From contig CM114271.1 of NCBI GenBank assembly GCA_050084515.1, positions 5,022,001-5,086,000 of the forward strand: a stretch of DNA of 64,000 nt. Direction: 5' to 3'. The notes under the pieces were generated by a model. The model searched no databases and was not told the origin of the DNA. It worked only from the letters and a program-made list of their open reading frames with translations. A program made the position numbers and the translations under genes. This DNA is from Blasia pusilla (Eukaryota). Position 1 is the first letter of the stretch, and each line of letters opens with the position of its first letter. This document shows positions 25,670-38,528 of this stretch, in pieces.

Positions 25670-28620
25670 GATATTTGAGTATTGAATCTCTTTGCAGAGA
25701 TCAACACTTGGTTGGCTCTTGTTTTGCATGCAAAATTTTGTGTGAAGAAATATTTGTATGTGGAGCAAGATAAGGTTGCAAGGTGCATCTCACTCCATGT
25801 GGTGCAGTTGTATCTTCATTTTCCGGACTTGTTATATGGGAGTGTCCTATAGTGTTACCGGAGTTTATTGCAGAGGGACATTTCCTTGTTAGGGGTGGAT
25901 CAAATGGGAACCATTGATTTGGTTATTGCACATTGCACATGTTGAGGCTTGTCTAGTGTTGGATGGGTGGTAGTTTAGTTGACACTAAATCTAGGTTATT
26001 TTATGAGATGATAAGAATCTTGGAGTACTTGCAAGAACATCATTCTTGTTGGGCGCCTACTCCTCTTAAACGTCAATATTTAGTGTAAAGAAGCATAGGT
26101 TCAATAGGATACGCTCTCATTGCTAACCTACACCTAAACACACTCATGTTAGTCTGGTCTAGGTCAATCAGCCTTCAAACCCACCGAGTTCTCAACTTGG
26201 CATCTGATCAAGCTAAAACTTCCATATTCCTAGCTTCCCCAACACGGACAAGTCTTTTGAGATTTATGACAAACTTTCTGGTTAATTGAGGCACCTAAAA
26301 TGGCGTTCGCGCACTTAGCAGTCCCAACTGTCCAATGGACCTCGCATGAGGTTGATGCCCTCATCAACGCATACCTGCTAATGTCAAGTCTTTTTGGGAA
26401 GTCGATCCCTTGACATCAAATTGCGTTTTGATAGCTAACTCGTAATTCCTCATCTTAAGTTGTCGCCTGCAACACTTAGCATCATTTAGCATCTCCTCTT
26501 TGATAAGCCTAGATCAGTTTGTCGAAACTTATCTAACATATCAAATAAGGTAACTAGGTTTGCTACCTAAGACTTCTTTGGCTCACAACACGTAAATATC
26601 CCACATGTTTACAAGGTACACAAGTCATACTACTTTTGGGTCTCTCTCATATTCGACTTAGGTGTGTCACTAAGTTCACTCATGCTATCATGAGGAACAT
26701 CACCCCAAGCCCCAAAATAGAGTGATTTGCCTTATCAAAGCTAGGACGAGCACAAGTGTTAGTCATCCCACACTTGGTCTTGTTCTAGGTGCTTATCTAA
26801 ATACTAGCTCTCATCTCAAATACTCTTTATCTATCCTCTTGACTTACAGCCTAAGCATATGAGGAACTACTCATTGCCATGCACTACCATATATAAATTG
26901 CAATCAACACAAGCATCGAATCTCCAAATCCATGCATTCTTTTATTGCAACACTAGCCTGATCTAGTTACAACGGCCTTTGGCCAAAGATTCCCATCATC
27001 ACAAGTCCTATCCCTTGCTACTCCATATACTAACGCATGTGCTTTTCCTGCATCGGTTTGAAGTCTTGTAACACCTCTTGCGCGTGTTCAAAATCTGCCT
27101 CGGAAATCCAAGTCGCCTCTTTCATATGGAAGCCCTTCCTCTTGATCAAGTTGTTGTACTTGTTGGCCCAACGCCTCATACCCAAGATGTTTTCCACCTC
27201 AAACTCTGGTTCTTTGTTTATGATCACCGATTGTGGGCTCAATACCTCTCTCCGCTCGAAACACACATTATCTTGAAGACACTTCTTCAATAATGACACA
27301 TGGAAAGTTGGATGAATCTTGAACTCTTTTGGCATCTCCAATGTATACACATCCTTAAATGGGTTTGCCTTGATCACATACGGTCCAACATACTTAGCAA
27401 ATAGCTTCGCGGACAAGTCCTTTGGAAGAGTGAGATTCTTTACACTTAACCAAACTTGCTGCCCTACTTCAAATCTCACTTGGCTTAAACTCTTGTTAAC
27501 ATGCTTAACAAACCTTAGTTGAGCCTTTGCAAGACTTCCTCTTGCCCACTCCTCCCACTCTCGCATCTCTACAAACAAACCTTTTACCGTTACTAGTGGT
27601 GTCTATGTCAATGTAGTACCCTTCAAAAGGGCAAGGTCAAGAGGCCCTTATGGCTCACATCCATCGCAAAGAGAAATAGTGATTCTCCCATTGCAAAATT
27701 CTTGATCGAATTGTAGCAATACTTAACCATACTTAGCCACTTCGCACAATCTGGCTGATAGGCGCTCACATAATTCCTTAAGTATTGATTCACGATACAG
27801 TTTACCTTTTCCATTTGTCTGGGGATGGAAGGCAGTATTGAAACTCAATTTGGTCCTAAATCTTATATTTACCAATGCTTCCAAAAATAACTAGTAAACT
27901 TCAGATCCCAATCCGAAACAATTCTCCTAGGCAACCCATGACCGCACTACCAGCTATCCATGAACAATCAAGAAGTCGTATAGGCCGTTGTAGAGTCCAT
28001 TGTTAGCAAAAATCTCCTAATTTTTTGAACCGATCAACTATCACAAGTATCGTACATTATGGAGAATGTACCAATCTTGGGCGATCCGCAATTACGAGTG
28101 ATGAGTAGTGCACATCATGTGTGTGCATGGATTGGCCCAATAGTAGTTTAAGATGTGGCAAGTGGAAGTTCACAAGCACATTTCCCACCTCTATGGTGGA
28201 TCAACTTGGTGCCACACGAGGTGTTAGGAAATTTATGCACGAATGGAGCGACCCTCCCTTTTGTTGGTGAATTCCATTTTGGATCCAGGATGTTGATCAC
28301 ATGTAGTGAGGCACGATGATCGACCTTCGTTAAAAGTGGTCAACATGATTGGAAACATGATTGGCATGCCACGGGCAGCGTTTCCCACTTTTGTGAGTTT
28401 TCCCATCTCTTATGCATAAAGGAAGGTCTTCGGATGATCATGCACAATGGTTGGTGGATCCCATAATCGATGAGAGAGAGCGGGCAATGGGGTTCCCCAC
28501 ATGAGTGATGGTAGTATCCTTACTATCAGAGGCATCTTGACATCATGTCTTGGTTTTGGTGATGGATCTGAAGTGCTTGACATGGATTCTCAACTTAGGA
28601 ATAGCTAAGAAACATCAAAT
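25670..28620 (+). pseudogene. DNMT3-like C5 DNA cytosine methyltransferase domain inside the Gypsy pol, split into 25670-26046 and 28051-28620
   Basis: Motifs read: I VLNLFAEI (25679-25702); II YLYVEQD; III RDISLL; IV IDLVIAHCTC*GLS (about 25913-25954); V L.DTKSRLFYEMIRIL; VI YIMENV (28053-28070); VIII QAHFPPLWWINL (about 28173-28208); IX ERERAMGFP (28472-28498); X-like SEAS*HHVL..VMDL. The order is I-X, unpermuted. Confidence 0.88.
26047..28050 (-). mobile_element. Chromovirus (chromodomain Gypsy) 3' remnant: integrase, chromodomain and 3' LTR (26047-27003), inserted into the DNMT domain
   Basis: ORF 27030-27578 contains KYVGPY...IHPTFHVSLLK and the chromodomain EFEVENIL...KGF..KEATW. ILVIVDRF lies at about 28025-28050. 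The LTR is bounded by TG...CA, preceded by a purine tract, and homologous to 43663-45328. Confidence 0.9.
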
Positions 28621-31600
28621 GATGTTGCAAGAGGTCATTACTATTGCACTTGTTAGCCTTACGCCTAGTCGGACAATTGAGGCAATGGTTGGGGGTAAGA
28701 TCTAAAGCAATCAAGAGAGATAACCTTGGACTTCTTGGGATATGTTTTAGGCACTCCAAGAGATGGTATCTACAACATCAAGTGTGGTTCATGGTCTTAC
28801 ACACCGAGGAGCAAGGGGAGATGAGATGTTTGAGCTAGCTGCATGGGAGAACTCGAGTGCTTTTATTCAAGATGGGGTTGCACCATAGCAACCAAAACCA
28901 TTAGTGTGAGAGAGTCTTACAATAATCATGATGGAGACTTGGGAGCCACATATGGGCCCAGATAATAAGGAGTCACGTGAGTTGTTTTGCATTCAATATG
29001 TTGATTTGGGTACACTAAAGGATCTAGGGATCCACATTGAATTCTCTTGCGATACGCCAATCTTTGGACGACCCTATAGGTATAGTGATATGGAGATGGG
29101 TTTGATTTGAAGCAAGAGATAAGACTTGGCTAGGGCACGAGTAGTGGAGATGTCAAATGGAGAGTATACATCTGCCATTGTCATGCTAGCCAAGAAGGAT
29201 GTGCATGGCAACTAGACGGGAAGGCAAAGGTGTGAAGATTATCTGCCTATTAATCAACAAGAAGATAAAGTCCAATACAAATGCCATACCCACTCCTAAG
29301 GAGATATTTAAAGGTATTGAGCATGCAAAGGTTTCCAGTTTGTTGGATCTTTAATCCAAACATAATTAGCTCCCTATCAAATAAGAATACATATCAAATT
29401 CGGCGTTTGGGGCATCAATTCTCATGGGAAGGAGTATTTATACTAGTGGCAATTCTTACCATTTGGGTTTAAGAACACCCCAACAGAGTTTCTGAGGATT
29501 ATGGACAGAATCTTGGTAGGTCTGGATTTTGCTAGATCTTACATTGATTACATCCTAGCTCGCATCCTAGTCTTTAATGCCACGGTTGAGGAGCATGAGC
29601 GACATCTGGAGGAGATATTTCTACGATTAAAGTTACATGGTTAAAGCTTTATCGATGCAAGTGCAAGTTATTCTATGACCAGATTGAGAACTTGGGTCAT
29701 ACGATATACCTAAGAGACCTTGGTGTTCAACAGATGAAGGTAGAGGCTATCTCACGCATTCCTCATCCTATAGATGTAAGTCGAGTTCGCGAATTCATGG
29801 GATTGGTGAACCTCTATTGATGGGACACCAAGGGTTTCAATTTGATTGTGAACCCAAAAACCTAGTTGATTGAGGTGGATCATGAGTGGCACGTACTAGG
29901 GGGATGAGCAAGAGAGAGCATTTTAGTTGCTCAAAGACAAGTTGACCTCCGCGCGTATATTGAGGAGACCTATGGGAGGGGCTTCCTTTCCAGTTGCATA
30001 CAGATTGGAGTACATTGGAGCTTGGAGCACTACTCATCCAACATGATGATGAGGGTAGAGAGTTTTGGGTGGCTTACAATAATTACTTGAACAATGTTGC
30101 AAAGGAAAAATATAACTTGTATGAGGTTCAGTGCTTGGTTGCAATGTGTGATCATGGATTATTGCACATTCCAAATGTTACTTATTCAAAAATCCCCTTA
30201 CCATCCTTACTAATCACCAATAACTTGAGTGGATGAAAGAGTTTGACAAGCTTACATGGACGTTTGCTAGGTGGGCTCTATTGTTGCAAGAGTACCCTTT
30301 CCAGTTGGTACATTGATTTTGGACGCGCAACTAAGATGCATGTTCAAGTTAGCAAGATGCGACTAGAGCTCATTGGTATGGAGAGAGTGATGAGGGGATG
30401 GTGCATGGATGATACGAGTCCGTCTATTTGCATTTTTTGGCTATGGTGAGCCATGGTATTGGAATTTCAATGGTAAGATCCAATGGAGAGTCATTAGATC
30501 CAAAGGTTAGTGAGGAGATGATAAGTGGTCTGGATATCCATGAGAATGGGATAGTCTTGGACCACCTATGTATTGGAAACATTCCGCGCATAGGGGGTAC
30601 GTGCTAGAGAGAGAGAGAGATCGGATCCTACAACAAGCTATACGGTTCTAGTGGGAGGAGACAAATGTCTTATGAGTTTGGAAGGATTGTACAGTACATA
30701 CAGTGCCTTATCCTTGAGAGAGAGCACGATAGGTGCAACATGCCCATGAGGAGTGGGTACACTTTGGAGTGAAGCGGACATATAGCTTACTCGAGATATA
30801 ATATTGGTGGTGAGGCATGCAACCTAATGTTTAGCAATTTGTTGTCAGATGCAAGGTATATGTTCGAGTTTGAGCATCCTTCAACGCTCCAACTCCACAC
30901 ATGTATCCACTACCAATCATGAGTAAGGCTATAGACGGATTTTGGATTTTGTAGGATCTTTACCTTTAACAAAGTGCCATAGTTGTTATGTGATGATGAT
31001 GGTCAAGCACTTCTCGAAGTGGATAAATTTGGTTGCATTTCCTAAGAAATTGAGTGAGGGAGTAGCATATGAATTCCTAAATCAAGTGATGAATCATTAT
31101 GGTGCACTAGTTGAGGTGTTGACACAGTTTCATGGGGAGATCTAGGCCTTGTATGACCTAGCGTTGATCAAACACCACACTGATTCACGAGATGATCCTA
31201 AGGAAAATGGACTAGAAGAGAGAGTTTTTCATATGGTGAAGAGAGGTTTACGTAAGTATGGTATGAAGAGAGGTCACATAGGAGATTGGGACCTACAATT
31301 GCCATGGTTGGCAATGGGATATAGTTTGAGTAGACATGCATTCTTAGTGTCTTTCTTATCTTACTTGTTGCTTTATGGCCGGGAGTATGACAAATTTGCG
31401 TCCATTTGTCAGTGAGATGTTGAACTTTGATATCCCTTATGTATGGATGCAAATATGTTCCTAGAGGGCAGAGTTATTTCACAGAGTTATGCCCATGGCT
31501 ACTTTGAGGTATGCGCCTATTCAAGGAGGTGGTTATCGACTGACGATACATAGGTTTCATTAGGGAGACTATGTCTACTTGCATCAACTTATATCTACGA

Positions 31601-31788
31601 TGTTGGATGCGAGATAAGGACACACCATATTGAGAGTGTATGAGGTATTTCCAATAGGTGTTTTCTTATTGGATGGATGTAATGGTATGGTTTGGAAGGA
31701 CCATATGAATAATCATACGCCATATCATCTTCCTAACATTGATAGTACTTTTTATCCGAGTTTAGCAAGAGTTCCTATAGGCTTGCAT

Positions 31789-31905
31789 TATATGTTGTGT
31801 GGTTCTTCCCATAATATAGACACCATGCTAGTTTGTGATGGATGTTCGAGAGGATAGCACACGACATGTGTGATGCCATCCTCTCACTGGGATTCTTCTG
31901 GGAAA
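31789..31905 (+). pseudogene. PHD finger at the integrase C-terminus (copy 1)
   Basis: Reads YMLCGS...MLVCDGCSRG*HTTC. Copy 2 gives CMLCGS...RGRHLAC...WTCP and copy 3 gives IPRGGWICP, together a C4HC3 consensus. Confidence 0.8.
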
Positions 31906-32649
31906 ATTAATATGCTATATATATATAGTTAGTTAGTAGATACTAGGTAGTCATAGATCCAAACTTATGTTGGTAACATGGATAAAAAGAAGGTGGCTAA
32001 AAATCGGGCTTCACGAGCACGCGAAAGTTTTGCTATTAGCGTCGAAGATACGTTTATCATGGTAGATAGGGATAGATTGGCTATATATAGTTATAGGAAC
32101 CTAACCACCAGCTAAGGAAGAAATTGGAGATATTTTGATACATGATCATCTCAATGTTCAAATGCCATAAGTGAGTTATTGTGAGTATGGTATCTTGTGT
32201 GTTTTAAGTTTGTAGTTGGTGACAGTGATGTATGTTGTGTAGCAATGTGTATGTACACAACATACTTCTAGTACATCGTTGGCAAGTCTTATAGCCAGCG
32301 ATTAAATTACCACAACTTGTATATCGTTACCACACAACACAATAACAAACTAAATATAAGAGAAAGAGATGGTGGATTCTAATTCCATTTTGGGAAGAGG
32401 AGAATTGGGTTCATCACGAAAAAATCCAAATAATTAGAATATCCAATCTAAGTTTACCTTTATCTTTGTAATAGTTAGATGGTCGTTTCACTATAATTCT
32501 AGGAGGCTTGAAGGATGGTCGTTAGATATATTGGGGGTAGTATACCTTGGACCCATCCAGATTAGATGCATGTAAGGATCTAACTTCATGCAAGTCCCAT
32601 ATTAAAAAATATTAAAAAATTGATGGAGATAGGGAATAAACACACATAT

Positions 32650-33640
32650 ACAATTTTTAGCAAGGGATAAACCAATTTCTAGGAATGCCCCTTGTGAATA
32701 TTTTGGTAGTATACGTGGGAGGTGAATGCTTCATTAAGGCTATTAATGAGTGAGGCATGATGAAAAATGCAAGATGGATTGCACAAACCAATATTTGGCA
32801 TATCAACAAAATGGACCCAAAGAGTTTCATTCAATTATGATAGATAATGCCGTAATTTGTAAGTTGGAAAAATCTTTTATTATCACTAGAAGAAAACACC
32901 ATTTTTAATTATGATTGAAGCATGATTGACTTATATATTTTACATGATACGATGATGACTCATAAAAAAATAAGAATGAGTCACGTAGTCGTCATGTGGA
33001 TTTTTAGTTAGTAACTAGCTAGTAAAAAAGCATGACCCACGAGTCATAAAACCTTAAAAATTAGAATGGCTCACTTGAGTTACAAAATGTTAGACATCAT
33101 TACATAATGGTATGGCACATTGGTCTTAATCACTGAAGATACTATGTGTAAGCTCCAAGACTCATGCGTCCACTCTAGCTACTCTTTTGATTGACATGAT
33201 GGAGAAAGAACAAGAGATTACTAGAAATATGGAGGACCTTTGAAACCTAGACGTGTTGCTTCTTTGATCATTGTGATAATAGATCACGAATATGGCATCG
33301 GTGCAAAATTTGGGTGAAGGTGCGGAACTTAGGTGGAGTTTGGATGAAGTGGCAACATTTGTGTGAAAATAGTCGGATCAAAGATTGATAAAAATACAAG
33401 ATATTGTTATTTTCTCCAAATCAGGTGACATATACTCTCTTTGCCCTCACGAAGCTTATTATCGTTGGACAATTGTGGCTCAAAGTTTGACAAGAGTGAT
33501 GCCTAGTGGATGAGATATGGAATTTTTTGGAGTTAATACAAGTTCTATCGACCATGGTGATGTGCCCAACCTTGTATCTCTTCAAAGTGCTTATAGTGGA
33601 GATCTTCCAAGAAAGGTATGTCGAAGGTGGAAATTCTTGA
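32650..33640 (+). pseudogene. Possible hAT transposase remnant (may continue at about 38530-38760 beyond the LINE)
   Basis: Fragments resemble hAT/DUF659 segments (PLVNILV..FIKAIN, GPK...DNA.IC, FFG...VPNL) but are heavily disrupted. Confidence 0.35.
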
Positions 33641-33683
33641 CTCTCTCTCTCTCCTCCTCTCTCTCTCTCTCTCTCTCTCTCGA

Positions 33684-33716
<33 letters not shown>

Positions 33717-33723
33717 TCTCTCT

Positions 33724-33757
<34 letters not shown>

Positions 33758-33782
33758 CATCTCTCCTCTCTCTCTCTCTCTC
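33641..33782. repeat. Interrupted (CT)n microsatellite
   Basis: Directly visible. Confidence 0.95.
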
Positions 33783-33783
33783 A

Positions 33784-36700
33784 AGACTTGTTTAAAAAAA
33801 TTCCATATCTCATCCACTAGGCTCTCTCTCTCAAACTTTGCCCAATTTTCCAGCGATAATGGAACCTGTAGTGAGCTTGTGATGTCAAAGTTGGTAGGTG
33901 TGGATTAGTGTGTCATGTAATCCATGTGATATCTTGTATTTTTATCAATAAGGTGTCCACTGGACTTTTGGAGAAATGGAGACCTCTCCTTCTTTTGAAG
34001 TTCGGGATTCACGGGCCCTCTCTCGATGCCTTAATGCCAGTGATCTATTTCACCAATGATCAAAGAAGTGATGATCTACAGGGGGGTTTCAAGCGGGCTC
34101 TCTTTGGGCAATCTCTTGTTCTTTCTCCCTCATGTCAAAATAGTAGCTAGAGTCCTTGTCTGACTCTCTTGGAGCTTAAACATTCTCCCAATGATCCTAA
34201 ACAGTTGTTTGTCAAACCTCTACATATAATGCGGCCTTGAGCCCAACATATTCCGTCCTCCCAAGCTTGTGAGGAGTATCATTCACCTATCAAAAGGATA
34301 CCAAAGCCAAAGATCCCATGCGGGTGGGGAATACTAGCATGTTTATGTGAGACGCTCAAAAAAGTTCGGACTGGGCAGCCGTGACTCATTCTTATTGGTC
34401 TATAGGAGGAGACCACGGTTCCACATGATCATTTTCAATCATGCTTCCCCATAATTAAAACTTTGTCTCATTTAAGATCATAAAGACTTTGGGCTTTGAA
34501 TTCTGGCATTATTATCGGATGATGAACGGAAATCTTGTATCTTTGGCGTCTATTTGTTGAGGAGGCCAATACTTGGCTTGCCACAAAAACTTGCATTGTC
34601 TCAAGATCTCAGAATGCCTACAATCGAGGGCTATGGTAGTCGAGGGTGGTTACTGAAAAAGGCCCATTCCACAAAAAATTGGTTGGTGATCTACACACCT
34701 AATGTCTTTAGTGTTCTCCAAGGGACCAGCGATGAAGAGCATCAATTTTTAATGAAGAGGTTCCATGAAGTTAGACCACACCGATGCCTAAAAGCGTGGG
34801 CCGATCCCCAACCCACTTAGTGATGGTAATGACCGTTTGCATACCTGGAACCTGTGGATTACTCATGCAATGAAGCGACCGAGGTTCTGAAGTTTTGCTG
34901 AAAAATCAAATACATATATTGGGGTCTAGAAACTTGGGAAACCAAGTTAATGGAGATACCCTATTACCACACTATGCATGGTTTGGAAAGAATCCACCAT
35001 CTCTTTCTCTTATATTTAGGTATGAAGGGTGTTGGGTTCTTCATCGAGACTTCATGGTGGGGTAGGTGTGAGATCATCGGCTATAAGACAGGCTCGATGT
35101 ATGAACACGAAAGATATGGGTCAAAGTCCACATGAGTGCAACTCATGGGATATGTATATTGGGTGTATTTACATGCCTAAAACAAACAAGATGAATATGT
35201 TGTTGTAATAGAGGCATTTGATAGTGTGAAATGATTGCCTTGGGTTTCAAACAAAGGGGAACATAGTCTTCCTTGAGGAGACTTAGGTTCCTGGGTAACT
35301 ATAGCAAGGCACCGATCCCCTAGCGGTGATCGGGATGTTTGGAGATGTGAGAGTGAATGGCAATGGCACATGGTGATCACGATGTTGAGGGAACTTCAAC
35401 CGATGGCACTTAATGATAAGCATAAGGTGGGATCCCGGCTTGGACTAGGGTCAACTTCAAGGAGAATGAGAGCTCCATTTGGACTCCATAGTTGTGGATG
35501 AGGAACTCTCACACACGCAGTGGGAAGATCCATGGATGCAAACTAGACATTGGAAGATCAGATCATTCATTGAAGAACCGGACAACATATTGCAAGCAAA
35601 GGCTAAAATGCTTGACCAAACCGGATAAAGAGGGTGATCAAGAAATGGAGGTTAGAGGACTTCCAAGATGAGGGCAACAAGAAGGTGTACATTGGCAAGC
35701 TGGAAGAAAATCTCTTGGCATTTGACACTTTCCATTGAATCTACCGTCAAGACCTTTGGGTTCACAAGAACAACACTCTGGACATGGTGTTCATATCATG
35801 GTATCCAGCGTGGAGTAGATATAAGTTGATGCCGACATAGTCTCCCCCGAGAACCTTGTCGGCAGTGAAATTGATAATATGCGGCAGAGCCGTCAAATGG
35901 TGGTCCTTGGAACTCAAGGAAATAACCATTGCCAAACGAAGGGAAGCGTATGTCACAAGTGCCAAAGGGATATCGATGCATCCTCATTGACAAATGTGGC
36001 CCACGCAGGAAACCCGTCTTCTGCGCATGCACAAGAAGAAAATGAAGACAAGCCACATACTCATCCATCAATGAGAATTGCCAACCGAGAATGGAAAAAG
36101 TTGGATGGAAGTGCAGAAATTGAGCAAGGCCAGGGGACAAAAACGACGTAAAGGCCTTGAAGAGAAAAGACGGTGGAATGGTGACCCACGGCTAAACAGA
36201 TCCGACATGTGTTGGAAGGCCATTACAAGGAGTTAGGCGGGAAGCCCGCTCGGACATCCCTTGAAGAGCGAGAACCGAGAGGGTGGTGGAGGATTTTGTA
36301 AAGATACAACGGGAGAAGGCAGATGATGAGGTTGAGTTGGGCAACGATATAATGATTGGTTCTCCCTGGCCGAGGTGGGAGCAGCAATCAAAGAACTTGT
36401 GAACCATAAAGCGGCGGTGGTGATGAGCTTGTGAATGAGTTTGTTGAAGTATGGCGATCTTTGCTATGGCTCGTTCTCTAGTGAGTCTCTTCAACCTAGT
36501 CTGGCGGGCGTAAGTCATCCCACAAAGATGGCGGATGGGAGTCATCGTGAACCTCTTCAAGAAGGGTGGCGAGAAGACCATGGAAACTAGGGGTATTATA
36601 TTCTTGAGTGTAGTCGGGAAGCTCCTTTGCCGTATACTCAACAATAGGATCTCTATGCACCTGGAGGAGAATTTTGTCATCAAGGAAGGCCATGTGGCTT

Positions 36701-38466
36701 CCGGCAAGCCCGAGGATCGTGGACCACATCTTCACCTTCAGTCAGATCATCCAAGGTAGGAAAAAAGGGGAAACCCACCTATTGCTTCTTCTTGGACCTC
36801 AAGAAGGCATATGACATGTATGGCGTGACAGGCTTTCTTATAGCTTTGTGGAAGGCGGGGTGAGAGGGAAAATGTGGAGGATGGTGGAGAAGATGTACCG
36901 AACACAAGGAGTAGAGTTATGGTGAATGGCCAAAAGAGTGGGACATTCGACATCAAGCAAGGAGTGGCTCAAGGATGCCCGCTCTCCCCCACCCTCTTCA
37001 ACATTTTCATGAATTCCCTATTGGAAGAAATGGAGGATAGTGGACTAGGCATATGGGTGGGCAACAACTCTATTGTTGCCCTGATGTTTGTTGATGACTT
37101 TGGTGGCCTCGAGGAAACAGGAGAGAAACTCAAGAGATGATCTCCCGACCAAAATCTGGTGTGACATGTGGGGCATGGAGGCAAATGTCTTGAAGTGCGG
37201 TGTGATGATTTTCAATGGCAAGGAGGAGGACCAAGACCAACAGTGGTACTGGGGTGACCAAGAGATCCCCGTGTGGCTACATACACCTATCGTGCATAGA
37301 ATTCTCGGAAGATTGCATGTGGGATGCACACATTAAGAAGACTCTTGAGAAAGGCCACAAGAAGGTGAACGGGTGTCTAGATTCCTATAGTGCCGGGACA
37401 TCACATCGAAGTAAAGCGTTGTGTCATTTTGCATACCATTTGTCCTCGCTGGAATATGGGGCAGCGGTGTGGGATGCCAACACCAAACAAAGGGATAGGC
37501 TTGAAGTTTGTGCGGTGAAGGCGTTTGGGTATGATGTCAACTTCATCACGAACGACCAGCGTTGGTGTGAGATCAGAACTAGGTGTGGAACCCTTGGAGG
37601 ATAGACGTGACATCGCCAAGTTGAAATGGCGGAGGCAGTGGAGACAATGGACTCCCATCGCTATCCTAAAAAGAGGTGATTGGGAAAACTGGACCCAAAG
37701 AAGACCAGTAAAAAAGGCCAAATCTTGGGACGAAAAAGGTTCAAGAGATTGTGCAAGCATCCAAGCTCCCGGCAAGGCCTGAATGGGGAGCAAGATGAGA
37801 AAGCATTCGTGGATACCATAACCCAAGCGGTGGGCAAACGCTCACGCAGAATGAAAGAGCGGAGGAAGCCATGAAAATGTCGACCTCTCTCTTTTGACGG
37901 TATATCCCGAGAGGGCAGAATCAAGAACTATTTATGGGAATCCTTGCTTGGGAACCAGGCTCAAGTTCAAGTTAAGGGACGGGGCAATCCCCTTGAACCA
38001 TAAGAAAAGCAGGATGGGAACACAACTAAACTCTTGCGCCTTGTGTGACGATGGGGACGAAACCTCTAGTCATTACTTGGTCTCTGCGCCAAAATTCACA
38101 AGACACAGAGCAAGAGCATATCTCGATATTGCTAATTTGGTAGCACCGAATTGTTCAACACATTGTAGCCTTGATTCATTGCCCAAAGTTCTTTGACCTT
38201 TGGTAAGTAATGTCTATTGGGGATCCCAATCAGGTAAAGTAGATGGTGTGGTGAAGAGCTTCTTGGTTGACACTTGAAGCTCCGCACAAACACGTTGTTT
38301 GGTCAAAGCACTCACACTATATGAGAGTGTCTCCCTCCTCTCATATGGTACCTTCTTCACTTGCTTCTCTCTCTACACCCATCCCACTCTCAAGCACCGT
38401 CCAACCAGTATGCGGGGTCTATGGTGCAAGGCTCGCAAAGGCACTACTTAAGGCACTACTTCTCTG
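33784..38466 (+). mobile_element. LINE (APE-type non-LTR retrotransposon), near full length but frameshifted
   Basis: An endonuclease-like start (TWN at about 34845) is followed by RT motifs RGIIFLSVVGKLLCRILNNRI, FLDLKKAYD, GVAQGCPLSPTLFNIF and LMFVDD, then LEYGAAVW and a C-terminal CALC...E...H knuckle. The 3' end carries a tandem AAGGCACTACTT. Confidence 0.9.
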
Positions 38467-38470
38467 AGTA

Positions 38471-38472
<2 letters not shown>

Positions 38473-38526
<54 letters not shown>
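38473..38526. repeat. (CT)n microsatellite at the LINE 3' end
   Basis: Directly visible. Confidence 0.95.

Positions 38527-38528
<2 letters not shown>

Larger units (their letters stand above)
22700..32290 (+). mobile_element. Ty3/Gypsy LTR retrotransposon, copy 1: gag-PR-DNMT-RT-RH-INT-PHD, decayed, with a nested chromovirus
   Basis: Features in order: gag Zn-knuckle remnants (ECDHYKWYGHKKAK, about 23925-23975); protease HILLDLGAQPLMLG (about 24930-24970); C5-MTase (25670-28620); RT (TPIFGRPYRYS, LPFGFKNTPTEF, SYIDYIL at about 29540); RNase H (FQLHTDWS..LGALL); integrase (HEEWVHFG, LDFVGSLP, FSKWI, NGLEER); PHD finger; PPT at 32114-32123; LTR start TGGAGATATTTTG at 32125. The 5' LTR was not resolved. 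Confidence 0.9.

Noticed and set aside
25670-28620. Interpretation as a host DRM/DNMT3 pseudogene that TEs landed around
   Set aside because: It is intronless, colinear and on the same strand between protease and RT, and the same protease-DNMT junction is repeated in a second element copy.
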